Source of the DNA: Chloroflexota bacterium
Lineage (GTDB): Bacteria; Chloroflexota; Limnocylindria; P2-11E
NCBI GenBank assembly: GCA_031394155.1
Contig: JANMWW010000307.1
Location: forward strand, 1 to 36,764
Direction of reading: 5' to 3'
Length of the DNA: 36,764 nt
Of this stretch, positions 9,221-17,938 are shown piece after piece. The notes below the pieces were generated by a model that had not been told where the DNA came from, searched no databases, and saw only the letters and a program-made list of their open reading frames with translations. Each line of letters starts with the position of its first letter. Positions within the stretch are counted from its first letter, which is position 1. The translations under genes were made by a program, and so were the position numbers.

Positions 9221-10438
9221 TTGCCCACATATCGTGACTACTTCACCGAGCTAAAGAAGCGCGTCAAGGAAGCGACGCCACAGCAGGTCGCCGACCTGCT
9301 CCGCAGTGGTGACGTGCAGCTGGCGGATGTGCGCGAGAAGGACGAGTGGGATGCCGGGCACCTGCCGGGCGCGGTCCACGTCCCGAAGAGCTTCCTCGAG
9401 CAGTGGGCCGAGGAGCGGATCCCCGATAAGAACAAGGCGACCGTCCTGTACTGCGCGGGCGGCGTGCGGTCGGCGATAGCCGCCGACACGCTCAGCAAGC
9501 TCGGCTACACGAACATCGTCTCGATGGCCGGCGGGTTCAACCGCTGGAAGGACTCGGGCATGGCCACCGTCACGCCGGAGTCATTCACGCCCGAGCAGGC
9601 GCAGCGGTACAGCCGCCACCTGCTCATCCCCGAGGTCGGCGAGGCCGGCCAGCACACGCTGCTCCGCAGCAAGGTGCTCCTCATCGGCGCGGGCGGGCTG
9701 GGCTCACCCGCCGCGTATTACCTGGCCGCGGCGGGCGTGGGCCAGCTCGGCATCGTCGACTCGGACGTCGTCGACCAATCCAATCTTCAGCGACAGATCC
9801 TTCATTCCACCGACCGGCTCGGACAGCCGAAGGCGCTCTCGGCAAAGCAGACGCTCGAGGCGCTCAATCCCGACGTGACGGTGGTCCCCTATCAGGAGCG
9901 ACTCACGAGCGAGAACATCGACCGGATCATCGCGGACTACGACGTGATCATCGACGGCGCGGACAATTTCCCGACGCGCTATCTCCTGAACGACGCGTCG
10001 GTGAAGTGGGACAAGCCCGTCGTCCACGGGAGCATCTACCGCTTCGAGGGACAGATCACCGTCTTCAAGCCGCAGGCCGGGCCGTGCTATCGCTGCCTCT
10101 TCCCCACGCCGCCACCGCCGGAGATGGCGCCGTCGTGCGCCGAAGCCGGCGTGCTCGGCGTGCTCCCGGGCGTGATCGGATCGCTCCAGGCGAACGAGGC
10201 GATCAAGCTGCTGCTCGGCATCGGCGAGCCGCTCATCGGCCGCTACCTCCTGTTCGACGCGCTCGACACGTCCTTCCGCGAAGTCAAGCTGCGCCGCGAC
10301 CCGGCATGCCCGGTGTGCGGCACGAACCCGACGATCACTGAATACATCGACTACGAGGGCTTCTGCGCATCGCCGGCGGAGTGGCAGGCCGAGCACGCAG
10401 CAAAGCAGGTCTCGAAGGTCTCGACCGCCGCCGACTAA
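9221..10438 (+). CDS. moeB: Rhodanese + ThiF/MoeB adenylyltransferase-sulfurtransferase (MoeZ-type, rhodanese domain first)
   Basis: YCAGGVRS rhodanese loop, RYSRH, GAGGLGS, SNLQRQILH, CYRC and CPVC. TTG at 9221 follows GGGAG. Confidence 0.92.
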   Translation: MPTYRDYFTELKKRVKEATPQQVADLLRSGDVQLADVREKDEWDAGHLPGAVHVPKSFLEQWAEERIPDKNKATVLYCAGGVRSAIAADTLSKLGYTNIVSMAGGFNRWKDSGMATVTPESFTPEQAQRYSRHLLIPEVGEAGQHTLLRSKVLLIGAGGLGSPAAYYLAAAGVGQLGIVDSDVVDQSNLQRQILHSTDRLGQPKALSAKQTLEALNPDVTVVPYQERLTSENIDRIIADYDVIIDGADNFPTRYLLNDASVKWDKPVVHGSIYRFEGQITVFKPQAGPCYRCLFPTPPPPEMAPSCAEAGVLGVLPGVIGSLQANEAIKLLLGIGEPLIGRYLLFDALDTSFREVKLRRDPACPVCGTNPTITEYIDYEGFCASPAEWQAEHAAKQVSKVSTAAD

Positions 10439-10468
10439 GGACCAATCACGCGAAGATATGCTGACCGT

Positions 10469-11617
10469 GTGAAGCAATCACGTTTCGCGGTCATCGCCTT
10501 CGCCGTCTGGTCGATCGCGATCTCCTGCACCCCCACCGCGACGCCGCCCGCCGGGTCGGCCACCTCGGCCGTCGCCGAGAAGCCCGCGATCAACGAGACC
10601 ACGCGCGGCGAGATACAGGCGCTCCTCCAGAAGCAGGTCAATACGATGTCCGCGAAGGACCAGACGTCCTTCCAATCGACCATCGACCAGGACCGGCGCG
10701 CGCTGGTGCGCTGCGCGAACGAGTCCTATGACGTCGCGACCCGCCTGGGCGTGGGCGCGGCGCCGCAGGTCGGCAAGATCGAGGCGTACCTCGACACTTA
10801 TGTCCGCGCGTACGTGCAAGAGGGTGCGAACGGGCTGCGGCGGATCTTTTTCCGAAAGGTCGACGGCAAGTGGGTCCAGACCGAGCCGATGGACAGTGAG
10901 CTCGGCGGCGAGAAGAAGACCACGGTCCAGGACATCCAGATCGACTATTGGGGCATCGATCAAGATGTGATCGACGCGATGGGCAAGGGCACCCTCGTGT
11001 CACGCAAGCTCGTGCTCGACAACCTGCTCTCCGATACACGGCGCGATCCGCTCGCGATCCGCTTCTATCCCACGCGCAGCGTGTCGGGGATCCAGGGCTG
11101 TACCGTCGTCGGCTTCCATCTCACGAACGTCGCGTCCGACCCGTACGTGCGCTTCTTCCGCTATTGGTTCAACACCGATGGCTCGATGTCCCCCTCGACG
11201 ATCACGTTCATCAGCCATGAGTGGCTGCACTGGGCTCAGGACCAATTCAGCCCCGGCATCACCGCGCGACTGCCGTGGTGGCTCGTCGAGGGATGGCCGG
11301 ACTACGTCGGCCAGTCACGCAGCGAGGGCACGATCAAGTTCGTGCTCTGCCAGACCGCCACACCGACGCTGAAGCAGCTCGAGGACGGCGCGGATCCCAA
11401 CGGTCCGCCCGAGCTCTCGCCGCAGTACTACGCCTTCGCGAACTCGATGGTCGAGTACCTGTACGCCACGTACGGCGGCAAGGACGCCTATCGGAAGCTC
11501 GCGCTGGCATTCAAAGAGGACGCGGTACCCGCGAACGTCTTCCCGAAGGTCCTCAATGTGACCGCCGCGAAGTTCTACGACGATTGGAAGGTCGCGGCGA
11601 AAAAGAAGTACTGCTAA
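10469..11617 (+). CDS. Putative lipoprotein with gluzincin (peptidase MA-like) domain
   Basis: Lipobox-like IAISC, Pro/Thr linker, HEWLH followed by WLVEG third-ligand motif. Confidence 0.75.
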   Translation: MKQSRFAVIAFAVWSIAISCTPTATPPAGSATSAVAEKPAINETTRGEIQALLQKQVNTMSAKDQTSFQSTIDQDRRALVRCANESYDVATRLGVGAAPQVGKIEAYLDTYVRAYVQEGANGLRRIFFRKVDGKWVQTEPMDSELGGEKKTTVQDIQIDYWGIDQDVIDAMGKGTLVSRKLVLDNLLSDTRRDPLAIRFYPTRSVSGIQGCTVVGFHLTNVASDPYVRFFRYWFNTDGSMSPSTITFISHEWLHWAQDQFSPGITARLPWWLVEGWPDYVGQSRSEGTIKFVLCQTATPTLKQLEDGADPNGPPELSPQYYAFANSMVEYLYATYGGKDAYRKLALAFKEDAVPANVFPKVLNVTAAKFYDDWKVAAKKKYC

Positions 11618-11770
11618 AAGTCCCGCGCGTCCCGCCGACGTGTTAGCTGTACTCAAACCATTCCAGACGATGGCCAGGTCGCTTGCTCTCGCGTAGCCCA
11701 TCGGTACTAGGACTCGTACGCAATGAGTGCGAATGAGGCGAGATGTGACCTATTTGGTACCGATAAAGGG

Positions 11771-11799
11771 TTGGCGTGACGCCATTGCGCCGATATGGT
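11771..11799 (+). promoter_or_regulatory. Sigma70-type promoter candidate for the ECF sigma gene
   Basis: TTGGCG-N17-TATGGT. Confidence 0.5.
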
Positions 11800-11840
11800 C
11801 GCTCTCAACCACGAGCAGAGGGATAGGGAGCACTCAAGCA

Positions 11841-12434
11841 GTGACACTCATCAACGTCGAGATCGCGCGACCGCAGCCGCTGACGCTGGCCGAGCTCACA
11901 CCGATCCCCGACGTCATCGAACGCGCGCGCGGCGGCGACCGCGTGGCCTTCGCCGACCTCTACGACACCCACTGCGACGCCGTCTACCGCTACATCCTCT
12001 ACCGCGTGCGTGAGCCCAGCGACGCCGAGGACCTGACGTCCGAGGTGTTCACCCGGGCCTTTGCGAACATCCACCGGTACACCTGGCAGGGCAAGTCATT
12101 TCTCGCCTGGCTCTACACGATCGCGCGCAATGCGGTGACCGATCGTCGCCGCCGCGAGCGTCCTACGGTCGACCTCGACGACGCCTATGGCGTGGCCGAG
12201 GAAGGCCCGACCGCTCACGATCGCGCGGTGCGTGGCGAGCAGGTCGACGCGCTTCGCGGCGCGGTGAAGCACCTCACGACCGAGCAGCAGGAGGTTCTCG
12301 TCCTGCGTTTTGTCGAGAACATGTCCAGCCGCCAGGTCGCGAAGGTGCTCGGGAAGAACGAGGGCGCGATCCGCGCTCTTCAATTCCGCGCACTCGGACG
12401 ACTGCGCAAGATCCTGACGCCAGAGGTCGCTTAA
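11841..12434 (+). CDS. ECF sigma-70 factor, BldN-like
   Basis: Region 2 AEDLTSEVF..YTWQG..AWLYTIARN and region 4 LGKNEGAIRALQFRA. GGGAG RBS before GTG at 11841. Confidence 0.9.
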   Translation: MTLINVEIARPQPLTLAELTPIPDVIERARGGDRVAFADLYDTHCDAVYRYILYRVREPSDAEDLTSEVFTRAFANIHRYTWQGKSFLAWLYTIARNAVTDRRRRERPTVDLDDAYGVAEEGPTAHDRAVRGEQVDALRGAVKHLTTEQQEVLVLRFVENMSSRQVAKVLGKNEGAIRALQFRALGRLRKILTPEVA

Positions 12435-12485
12435 CGACTCGCTCGCGACCCATATCGCTTCGCTCACGAACTTCCTCGCCTCGCG
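12435..12485 (-). repeat. Intergenic relative of the GA-hairpin element
   Basis: Minus strand carries gttcgtGAGCGAAGCGA. Bases 12435-12446 are the exact reverse complement of 36327-36338. Confidence 0.55.
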
Positions 12486-12539
12486 TGTGTGAGCAAGCTC
12501 CCACAGCTCGGCTCGTCGGCTCGTAGACTGAACACCGAG

Positions 12540-13862
12540 ATGCCCCTGCGCCGACTGACCCTTCTCTTTGCGTTCACGGTCGTCGCGGTCGGCTGCTCGA
12601 TCCTCCCCGCCGACCTGCAGCACGAGCTGCTGCCCTCGCAGACGCAGTACGCGACAGCATCGGCCGCCTTCCAGATCATCATCGACAAGCACGTCGACAA
12701 ACCCACCTCGAAACAGCTGATTCCAGGGGCTCTGGACGGGGTCGCGGCGTACCTGAAAGCCCAGAATATCGAGGCCAATCCGGTCATCGACCGTCCCGAC
12801 CTGACCGGAAGCCAGTGGTCCGACTTCGCGAAGCTCAGCGCCTCGCTTGACGCCGTCCTGCAGCGTTATCCGGCCGCGAAGAAAGACCTTCTCGAGCGCG
12901 CGGCGGTCGACGGGATGGCCCGCTCGATGAACGAATGCCACACCTATTACTTGGATCCCGATCGTGCCAAGGGATTCAACAAGCCCCCTGCGCCCGTCTC
13001 GGGGATCGGCGTGACGATCAATCAGTCTGAGCCGAACACGCCCATCGAGGTCATCGACGTGATCGCGAACACACCCGCAGAGAAGGCCGGCGTGAAGAAG
13101 GGCGACAAGATCATCAAGGTCAACGGCGAGGACGTGAGCAAGCTCACGACCTCCGAGGTGGCCGACCGCGTGCGGGGACCCGAAGGGACTCCGGTCACGA
13201 TCGTGTTCGACCGCCAGGGGACCAGCGTCGAGCTCACGATGAACCGCGCGAGGTTCACCGCGCCGCTCACCGAGACGCGTCTGGAGAGCGGCGACATCGC
13301 GTACGTGAAGATCAAGCAGCTCATCTCGACCGTCGCGGATGACTCCACGACCGCCCTGCGCTCGATGCAGAACGCGCGTGGCGTGATCCTCGACCTGCGT
13401 GACGATCCGGGCGGCCTGCTCGACGTCGCCATCGACGTCGGCAGCCTCTTCGTGAAGAACGGGCCGCTGGTCTACCAGACAGCGCGCGACGGGCAGAAAA
13501 ACCCGATCGAGGTCAACCCGCGCCGCTACCTTGGCATCAAGGCGCCGCTAGTCGTGCTGGTCAACAAGAACTCCGCCTCAGGCTCCGAGATCATCGCGGC
13601 CGGCATCCGCTCGAGCGGCACGGGAACCGTCATGGGCACCCAGAGCGCCGGCTGCGTCGGCAGCGCACAGCCACGCGACCTTCCGGACGGCGGCGTGCTC
13701 CTCGTGACGCTCACCAAGATGCAGGACGCCAAGACCGGCGCGGACCTGAACGGCCCGGGCAAGGGCGTCGTGCCGGACCAGACCGTGGAGGACGATGCCA
13801 AGACGACGAACGTCGACGAGGTCATCCAGGCAGCCGTCGCGTACCTACACGCACACGGTTAG
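12540..13862 (+). CDS. S41 family carboxyl-terminal protease with PDZ domain, lipoprotein
   Basis: Lipobox VAVGC, PDZ (GIGV...PAEKAGVKKGDKI), DLRDDPGG and SASGSE motifs. Confidence 0.9.
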   Translation: MPLRRLTLLFAFTVVAVGCSILPADLQHELLPSQTQYATASAAFQIIIDKHVDKPTSKQLIPGALDGVAAYLKAQNIEANPVIDRPDLTGSQWSDFAKLSASLDAVLQRYPAAKKDLLERAAVDGMARSMNECHTYYLDPDRAKGFNKPPAPVSGIGVTINQSEPNTPIEVIDVIANTPAEKAGVKKGDKIIKVNGEDVSKLTTSEVADRVRGPEGTPVTIVFDRQGTSVELTMNRARFTAPLTETRLESGDIAYVKIKQLISTVADDSTTALRSMQNARGVILDLRDDPGGLLDVAIDVGSLFVKNGPLVYQTARDGQKNPIEVNPRRYLGIKAPLVVLVNKNSASGSEIIAAGIRSSGTGTVMGTQSAGCVGSAQPRDLPDGGVLLVTLTKMQDAKTGADLNGPGKGVVPDQTVEDDAKTTNVDEVIQAAVAYLHAHG

Positions 13863-13964
13863 ACCCGCCCTCGCTTTGCAGGCCAAGAACCGGAAGTGTC
13901 TCGCCCTAGCTTTTGCAGTCCAAAAACCACGCGCGACCCGCTTTAACTTTGAAGGCCCAGAGCA
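13862..13964. repeat. Three degenerate tandem units of about 36-37 nt; the last is the 3' end of the EamA gene
   Basis: gacccgccctcgctttgcaggccaagaacc / gtctcgccctagcttttgcagtccaaaaacc / gacccgctttaactttgaaggcccagagca. Confidence 0.7.
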
Positions 13965-14803
13965 ATCAATCCCCCGACCAGGATGGCGACGCCCACGTAC
14001 TGATTTGGCGCGAGACGCTCGCGGAGCACCAGTATCGCCAACACGGCGGGAATCAGAGGGTACGCGCCGCTGCCGGTCATGACGAATGATGCGTACCCGG
14101 ATGCGATGCCGAGCATCAGGAGCACGTTCGCTCCGGTGTCGAGGACGCCGACGAGCGCGATGATCGCCAGCGTCGATGGCACGAGGAGCGGCGCGATCGG
14201 CGTTCGCTTCCACAAGATGAATGCCGACATCATCGCGATGCCCCAAAGACGCCAGATGATCACGAGCGCGAACGGCTCGTTGCTGCGCGTCGCCGCACTC
14301 AGCATCACGCCCCATACGGCGAACCCGAGCGTCGCCAGAACACCAAGCCGCACGCCTTCTGTCGGCCGCCCCATCGTCTGGCGCAGCTCTCGGATGTCCG
14401 TCGAGGCGATCGCCACGCCGACGAACGTGACGGCGATGGCGATGGTCTGGCCCAAATTCAGCCGCTCGCCGAGGAAGATGACGATCCCGATGACCGAGAG
14501 CGCCGCGTAGCTCGCGACGACCGGGCTGACGACGGCGATCGGACCGAGCGCGAAGGCGCGGTACAGGAACACGAGCGAGGACGTGCCGATGAGCGCGAGC
14601 GCGAAGGCCCAAGGGACCTGCGACCACTCGAACACCGGCCACCGCTGCAGCGCAAGAAGGACGAGGACGAGCACGGCGTTGCCGATCACTTGCATCACGA
14701 GCGCTGTCCACGCGAAGCCCGCACGGCGTGTGGCCATCGCCGCCGCGTAGTCGCCGAAGCCGAACGCGACGGCTGCGCCGACGCCGTAGAGGAGCGCTTC
14801 CAC
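13943..14803 (-). CDS. EamA/DMT family transporter
   Basis: About 10 TM helices, GPIAVVSPV, and FLGERL / VLRERL duplicated domain ends. Confidence 0.9.
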   Translation of the reverse strand: MEALLYGVGAAVAFGFGDYAAAMATRRAGFAWTALVMQVIGNAVLVLVLLALQRWPVFEWSQVPWAFALALIGTSSLVFLYRAFALGPIAVVSPVVASYAALSVIGIVIFLGERLNLGQTIAIAVTFVGVAIASTDIRELRQTMGRPTEGVRLGVLATLGFAVWGVMLSAATRSNEPFALVIIWRLWGIAMMSAFILWKRTPIAPLLVPSTLAIIALVGVLDTGANVLLMLGIASGYASFVMTGSGAYPLIPAVLAILVLRERLAPNQYVGVAILVGGLIALGLQS

Positions 14804-14805
14804 GG

Positions 14806-15963
14806 CTAGACGATCAGCTGTCGAGGAGCGCGGGTGAAGTTGCGGGATCCACGTTCGGTGATGAGCAGCATGTCTTCGAGGCGCACGCCGCCGATCTCGG
14901 GGTCGTAGACACCAGGCTCGACGGTCACGACGTCTCCCGCGGCGAGAGGGTCGGTCCCACTACGACCGACGCTCGGCGCCTCGTGGATCTCGAGTCCGAC
15001 GCCATGGCCGGTGCCGTGGATGAAGCCCTTCGGGAGCGCGCCGTTCGCACGCGGGCCGTGCTGCTGGCCCGGGCGGAGCGTGTCGTACCCGGCGGCGAAG
15101 ATGATGTCCTCCACCAGTTCGTGCACCTCGCGGCCGGTGATGCCGGGGCGGAGTGCCTTGATGCCCGCGTCCTGCGCGCGCTTGACGACCTCGTACATCT
15201 TCAAGATCTCCGCGGGCGGCTCGCCCTTCGACACCGTTCGCGTCATATCCGCCCAATACCGGCTCGCCTTGTGCTGCGGAAAGATATCCATGACGATCGG
15301 CTCGCCCGCGTGCAGCGGACCCGAGCCACTCATGTGCGGATCGGCCGCCTGCGGGCCTGGCGCGATGATCGCGCCGTCGGACGCGTAGCCGAGCTCGAGC
15401 AGCCGGCCCTCGACCACGGCGCGGAGCCGCTCCGCGGTGAACGTTGCGCCATCGAGTTGAAGCACCTTGTCGGCGCCAACGGTCGCGCGCCGCAACGCGT
15501 CGACGCCCCGGGACCACGCATCTTCGGTCGCGCGCTGCGCGGCGTCGAGCGCTTCGATCTCGTCGGGGCGCTTGGCTCGCCGGCGCTCGCCGATGCTGTG
15601 CACGATGTCGAGCTCGATGCCGAGGCCACGCAGTCGCTCTGCAATTCCCACTGGGAAATACCACGCGACGCGCACGCGCTTCGTGCCGCGCGATGCGAGG
15701 AAGCGCGCGATCACGTTCGCGTCGAGCTCCTCGCGCGACAGGCCCGTACCCGAAAGCTCCTTCGCACCGAACGCGTCGATGTTGAACACGCTCGTGGCGC
15801 GCGACTGCTTGCGCACGCGGCCTTCCTCGAGCGAATTGGCGACGACGATCACCTCGCTGCCATCCTCGAGCGCGATGATCGCGTCGGACGACAGGAATCG
15901 AGTGAGGTGATAGACGTCGGGGAACTTGTACCCGTCGGCATAGAAGAGGAGCGGAGGGACCAT
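14806..15963 (-). CDS. M24 family Xaa-Pro aminopeptidase
   Basis: DIFP, ADMTRT, HGTGHGVGLEIHE, TVEPG and GVRLED motifs. ATG at 15963. Confidence 0.92.
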   Translation of the reverse strand: MVPPLLFYADGYKFPDVYHLTRFLSSDAIIALEDGSEVIVVANSLEEGRVRKQSRATSVFNIDAFGAKELSGTGLSREELDANVIARFLASRGTKRVRVAWYFPVGIAERLRGLGIELDIVHSIGERRRAKRPDEIEALDAAQRATEDAWSRGVDALRRATVGADKVLQLDGATFTAERLRAVVEGRLLELGYASDGAIIAPGPQAADPHMSGSGPLHAGEPIVMDIFPQHKASRYWADMTRTVSKGEPPAEILKMYEVVKRAQDAGIKALRPGITGREVHELVEDIIFAAGYDTLRPGQQHGPRANGALPKGFIHGTGHGVGLEIHEAPSVGRSGTDPLAAGDVVTVEPGVYDPEIGGVRLEDMLLITERGSRNFTRAPRQLIV

Positions 15964-16035
15964 CCGGACCAATTTAGTGCCGCGTGCGCTCCACGTGCTC
16001 AGACGCGCGGTCTCTGCCTGCACGAGCCCGTCTGC

Positions 16036-16920
16036 CTACGTAGGTCGCGAGTCTGCCTGAACGCTACGCAGGATCGCCACGGCGAGTGGGATGACGATCA
16101 AGAGCAGCGAAACCGCGACGCCGACGCTCAGGATCGGGGCGAGCTCGAGCGGCGCGGATCCCCCGAGCGCTTGTCCGAGCTCGATAGCCAACAATCCGAG
16201 GTATCCGACCGAGGCAATGAGCACGAGCACCACGCGTCGCTCCACCGGCACGCCGAACCGTGCGGCGAGCCACACGAGGACGAGCAGCACCTGCAATGCA
16301 TGAAGCGCGAGCGCATGCGGGAACGTGAGCATGCCGCGTGCGCCCACGGTGATCGGTGATGTCGCGGTGCCGGCGGAGGCCTGGGCGATGCCCTCACCGA
16401 GCAGCAGGAATCCGACACCGAGTCCCGCGACGAAGAACAGCAACCCGAGCCGCACAGCCCAGACGGTCGCGCGATCGCTTGCCACACGCCCGAACGCGCG
16501 GATCGCAAGCCAGAGGACCGCGAAGGAGATCAGAAGGATCAGGACGCCCATCGTCGAGAACACGGCTACGTCGAAGTCGGTCGCGGAGTTGAAATGCGAG
16601 GCCGTTCCGCGCCAGCGCTGCAGGATGATGAGGCCGACCTCGCCGACGCTCGACGCGCCGTAGACGATCGCGAATGTCATGTCCTGGACCCGTCTCGCCG
16701 GCAGGAGACCGAGGATCCACGCGAGCGTCGCCGTCGCGATCGCGAACGACAGGCTGAACTCGATTGGCTTGCGCCAGGTGACTGCACCTTCCCATGCGCC
16801 ACCATTCAGCGCGTACACCCCGGCGTGGATGACGGTGCTCGCGAAGAAGAGGAGCGCGACCGCGTAGAGCAGGCGCTGCGGTCCGCGCGCCTCTCGCCAT
16901 ACGGCCTCGCGAGCGTTCAC
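16036..16920 (-). CDS. Hypothetical multi-pass membrane protein
   Basis: About 8 TM helices with WRKPIEF, QRWRG..SHFN and HALALHALQ conserved-looking motifs. Confidence 0.8.
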   Translation of the reverse strand: MNAREAVWREARGPQRLLYAVALLFFASTVIHAGVYALNGGAWEGAVTWRKPIEFSLSFAIATATLAWILGLLPARRVQDMTFAIVYGASSVGEVGLIILQRWRGTASHFNSATDFDVAVFSTMGVLILLISFAVLWLAIRAFGRVASDRATVWAVRLGLLFFVAGLGVGFLLLGEGIAQASAGTATSPITVGARGMLTFPHALALHALQVLLVLVWLAARFGVPVERRVVLVLIASVGYLGLLAIELGQALGGSAPLELAPILSVGVAVSLLLIVIPLAVAILRSVQADSRPT

Positions 16921-16973
16921 GCGTCGAGCCTAAAGCCCACGCACACCCGCGACCGCCCTCGGATGTGGTCTTC

Positions 16974-17524
16974 CTAGCGCAGCTGCCACCGTTCGCGCAC
17001 GAAGGCCAGCGCGTCGTCATTCGATGACGCTCTCGATCGCTTCCTCACGGTCCCCAGATGTGAGCGTCCAGATCCTGTCGCGGCCCGCCACGATCTGCGA
17101 TTGATCCACAACGAGCACCACAAGGCCGAGCGCGGCGTAGCGCAGTGCCTCGTCTCGCATCTCGACGCCACTCTGGTTCGAACCCGGGCTCATGAGGAGG
17201 CCGGGCCGCTTCGCCTGCACCGCCGGAGCGAAGCGCGTGGCGTTCGCGACGCCATCACGGCCATTGGCATACTCGAGATCGCTCACGGGCCACACTGCCC
17301 GAAGCCGAGGCCGCGGACTCCTTCAGCTGCAAGCCCGCGGCCTTGTCGTACACGAATTGGGCGCCGAGGTCCTCCGCTCGCGCCGAAGCCGGCAAGGCGG
17401 TGGTCGGACGCGCAGCCGCTGTGGACGACGATGCGGTTGAGGACGCCGGCGCCGACGCTGGCGTACCCCCGCATGAGACGGCGATCACGAGCGCGACCGC
17501 GGCGCTGCGCGACGAGAGGGTCAC
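16974..17524 (-). pseudogene. Disrupted lipoprotein alpha/beta-hydrolase (acetylxylan esterase-like N-terminus) with a frameshift and an internal deletion
   Basis: Three consecutive frames: lipobox IAVSC...FVYDKAAGLQLKE, then VSDLEYANG...KRPGLLMSPG...EALRYAALGLVVLVVD...ESVIE, then DDALAFVRERWQLR*. No GxSxG core remains. Confidence 0.6.
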
Positions 17525-17576
17525 AACAGCGCATAACGCGACGGTCGCCGCCAGGTTCGCTGGATACTCTTGCGCG

Positions 17577-17642
17577 GTGCCAAAAGATGCCGCGCGCACG
17601 GTGGAGGTGGACGCGATCGTCTATCTCGGAGAGGAGTTCTGA
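17577..17642 (+). pseudogene. 21-codon ORF resembling fused N- and C-termini of a RidA/YjgF protein
   Basis: MPKDAART + VEVDAIVYLGEEF. TACTCT lies 6 nt upstream of the GTG. The stop overlaps the next ATG (TGATG). Confidence 0.5.
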
Positions 17643-17938
17643 TGTCCAAGGGGTACGTCGTCGTCAACGTGAAGGTCAAGGACTCGGATCACTACCCCGA
17701 GTACGCGCGACTCGCGCGGGACACCGTGGCGAAGTACGGCGGCCGGTATCTCGTGCGCGGCGCGACCCCGACCATCGTCGAGGGCGCGCCAAAGTTGGAG
17801 CGCTTCGTCATCCTCGAGTTCCCGTCGCTCGAACAGGCGCGGCGCTGGTACGACTCCGATGAGTACCGGCCGGTGCGAGCGCTGAGGCACAAGTGGGCCG
17901 ATACCGAGCTGTTCATGATCGAGGGACACGAGGGCTGA
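17642..17938 (+). CDS. DUF1330 domain protein
   Basis: KYGGRYLVRG...VILEFPS...ARRWYDSDEY signature. GAGGAG RBS. Confidence 0.92.
   Translation: MSKGYVVVNVKVKDSDHYPEYARLARDTVAKYGGRYLVRGATPTIVEGAPKLERFVILEFPSLEQARRWYDSDEYRPVRALRHKWADTELFMIEGHEG

Noticed and set aside
11645-11700. CAAACCATTC resembling a c-di-GMP-I riboswitch
   Set aside because: No GNRA loop and no GACGCAAAGC segment.
13862-13964. Mini-CRISPR interpretation of the tandem units
   Set aside because: Units are degenerate, gaps are only about 6 nt, and no cas genes are present.
17017-17019. Selenocysteine or stop read-through at the TGA in the hydrolase pseudogene
   Set aside because: The protein-like continuation is in a different frame, and the context is not a Cys position.
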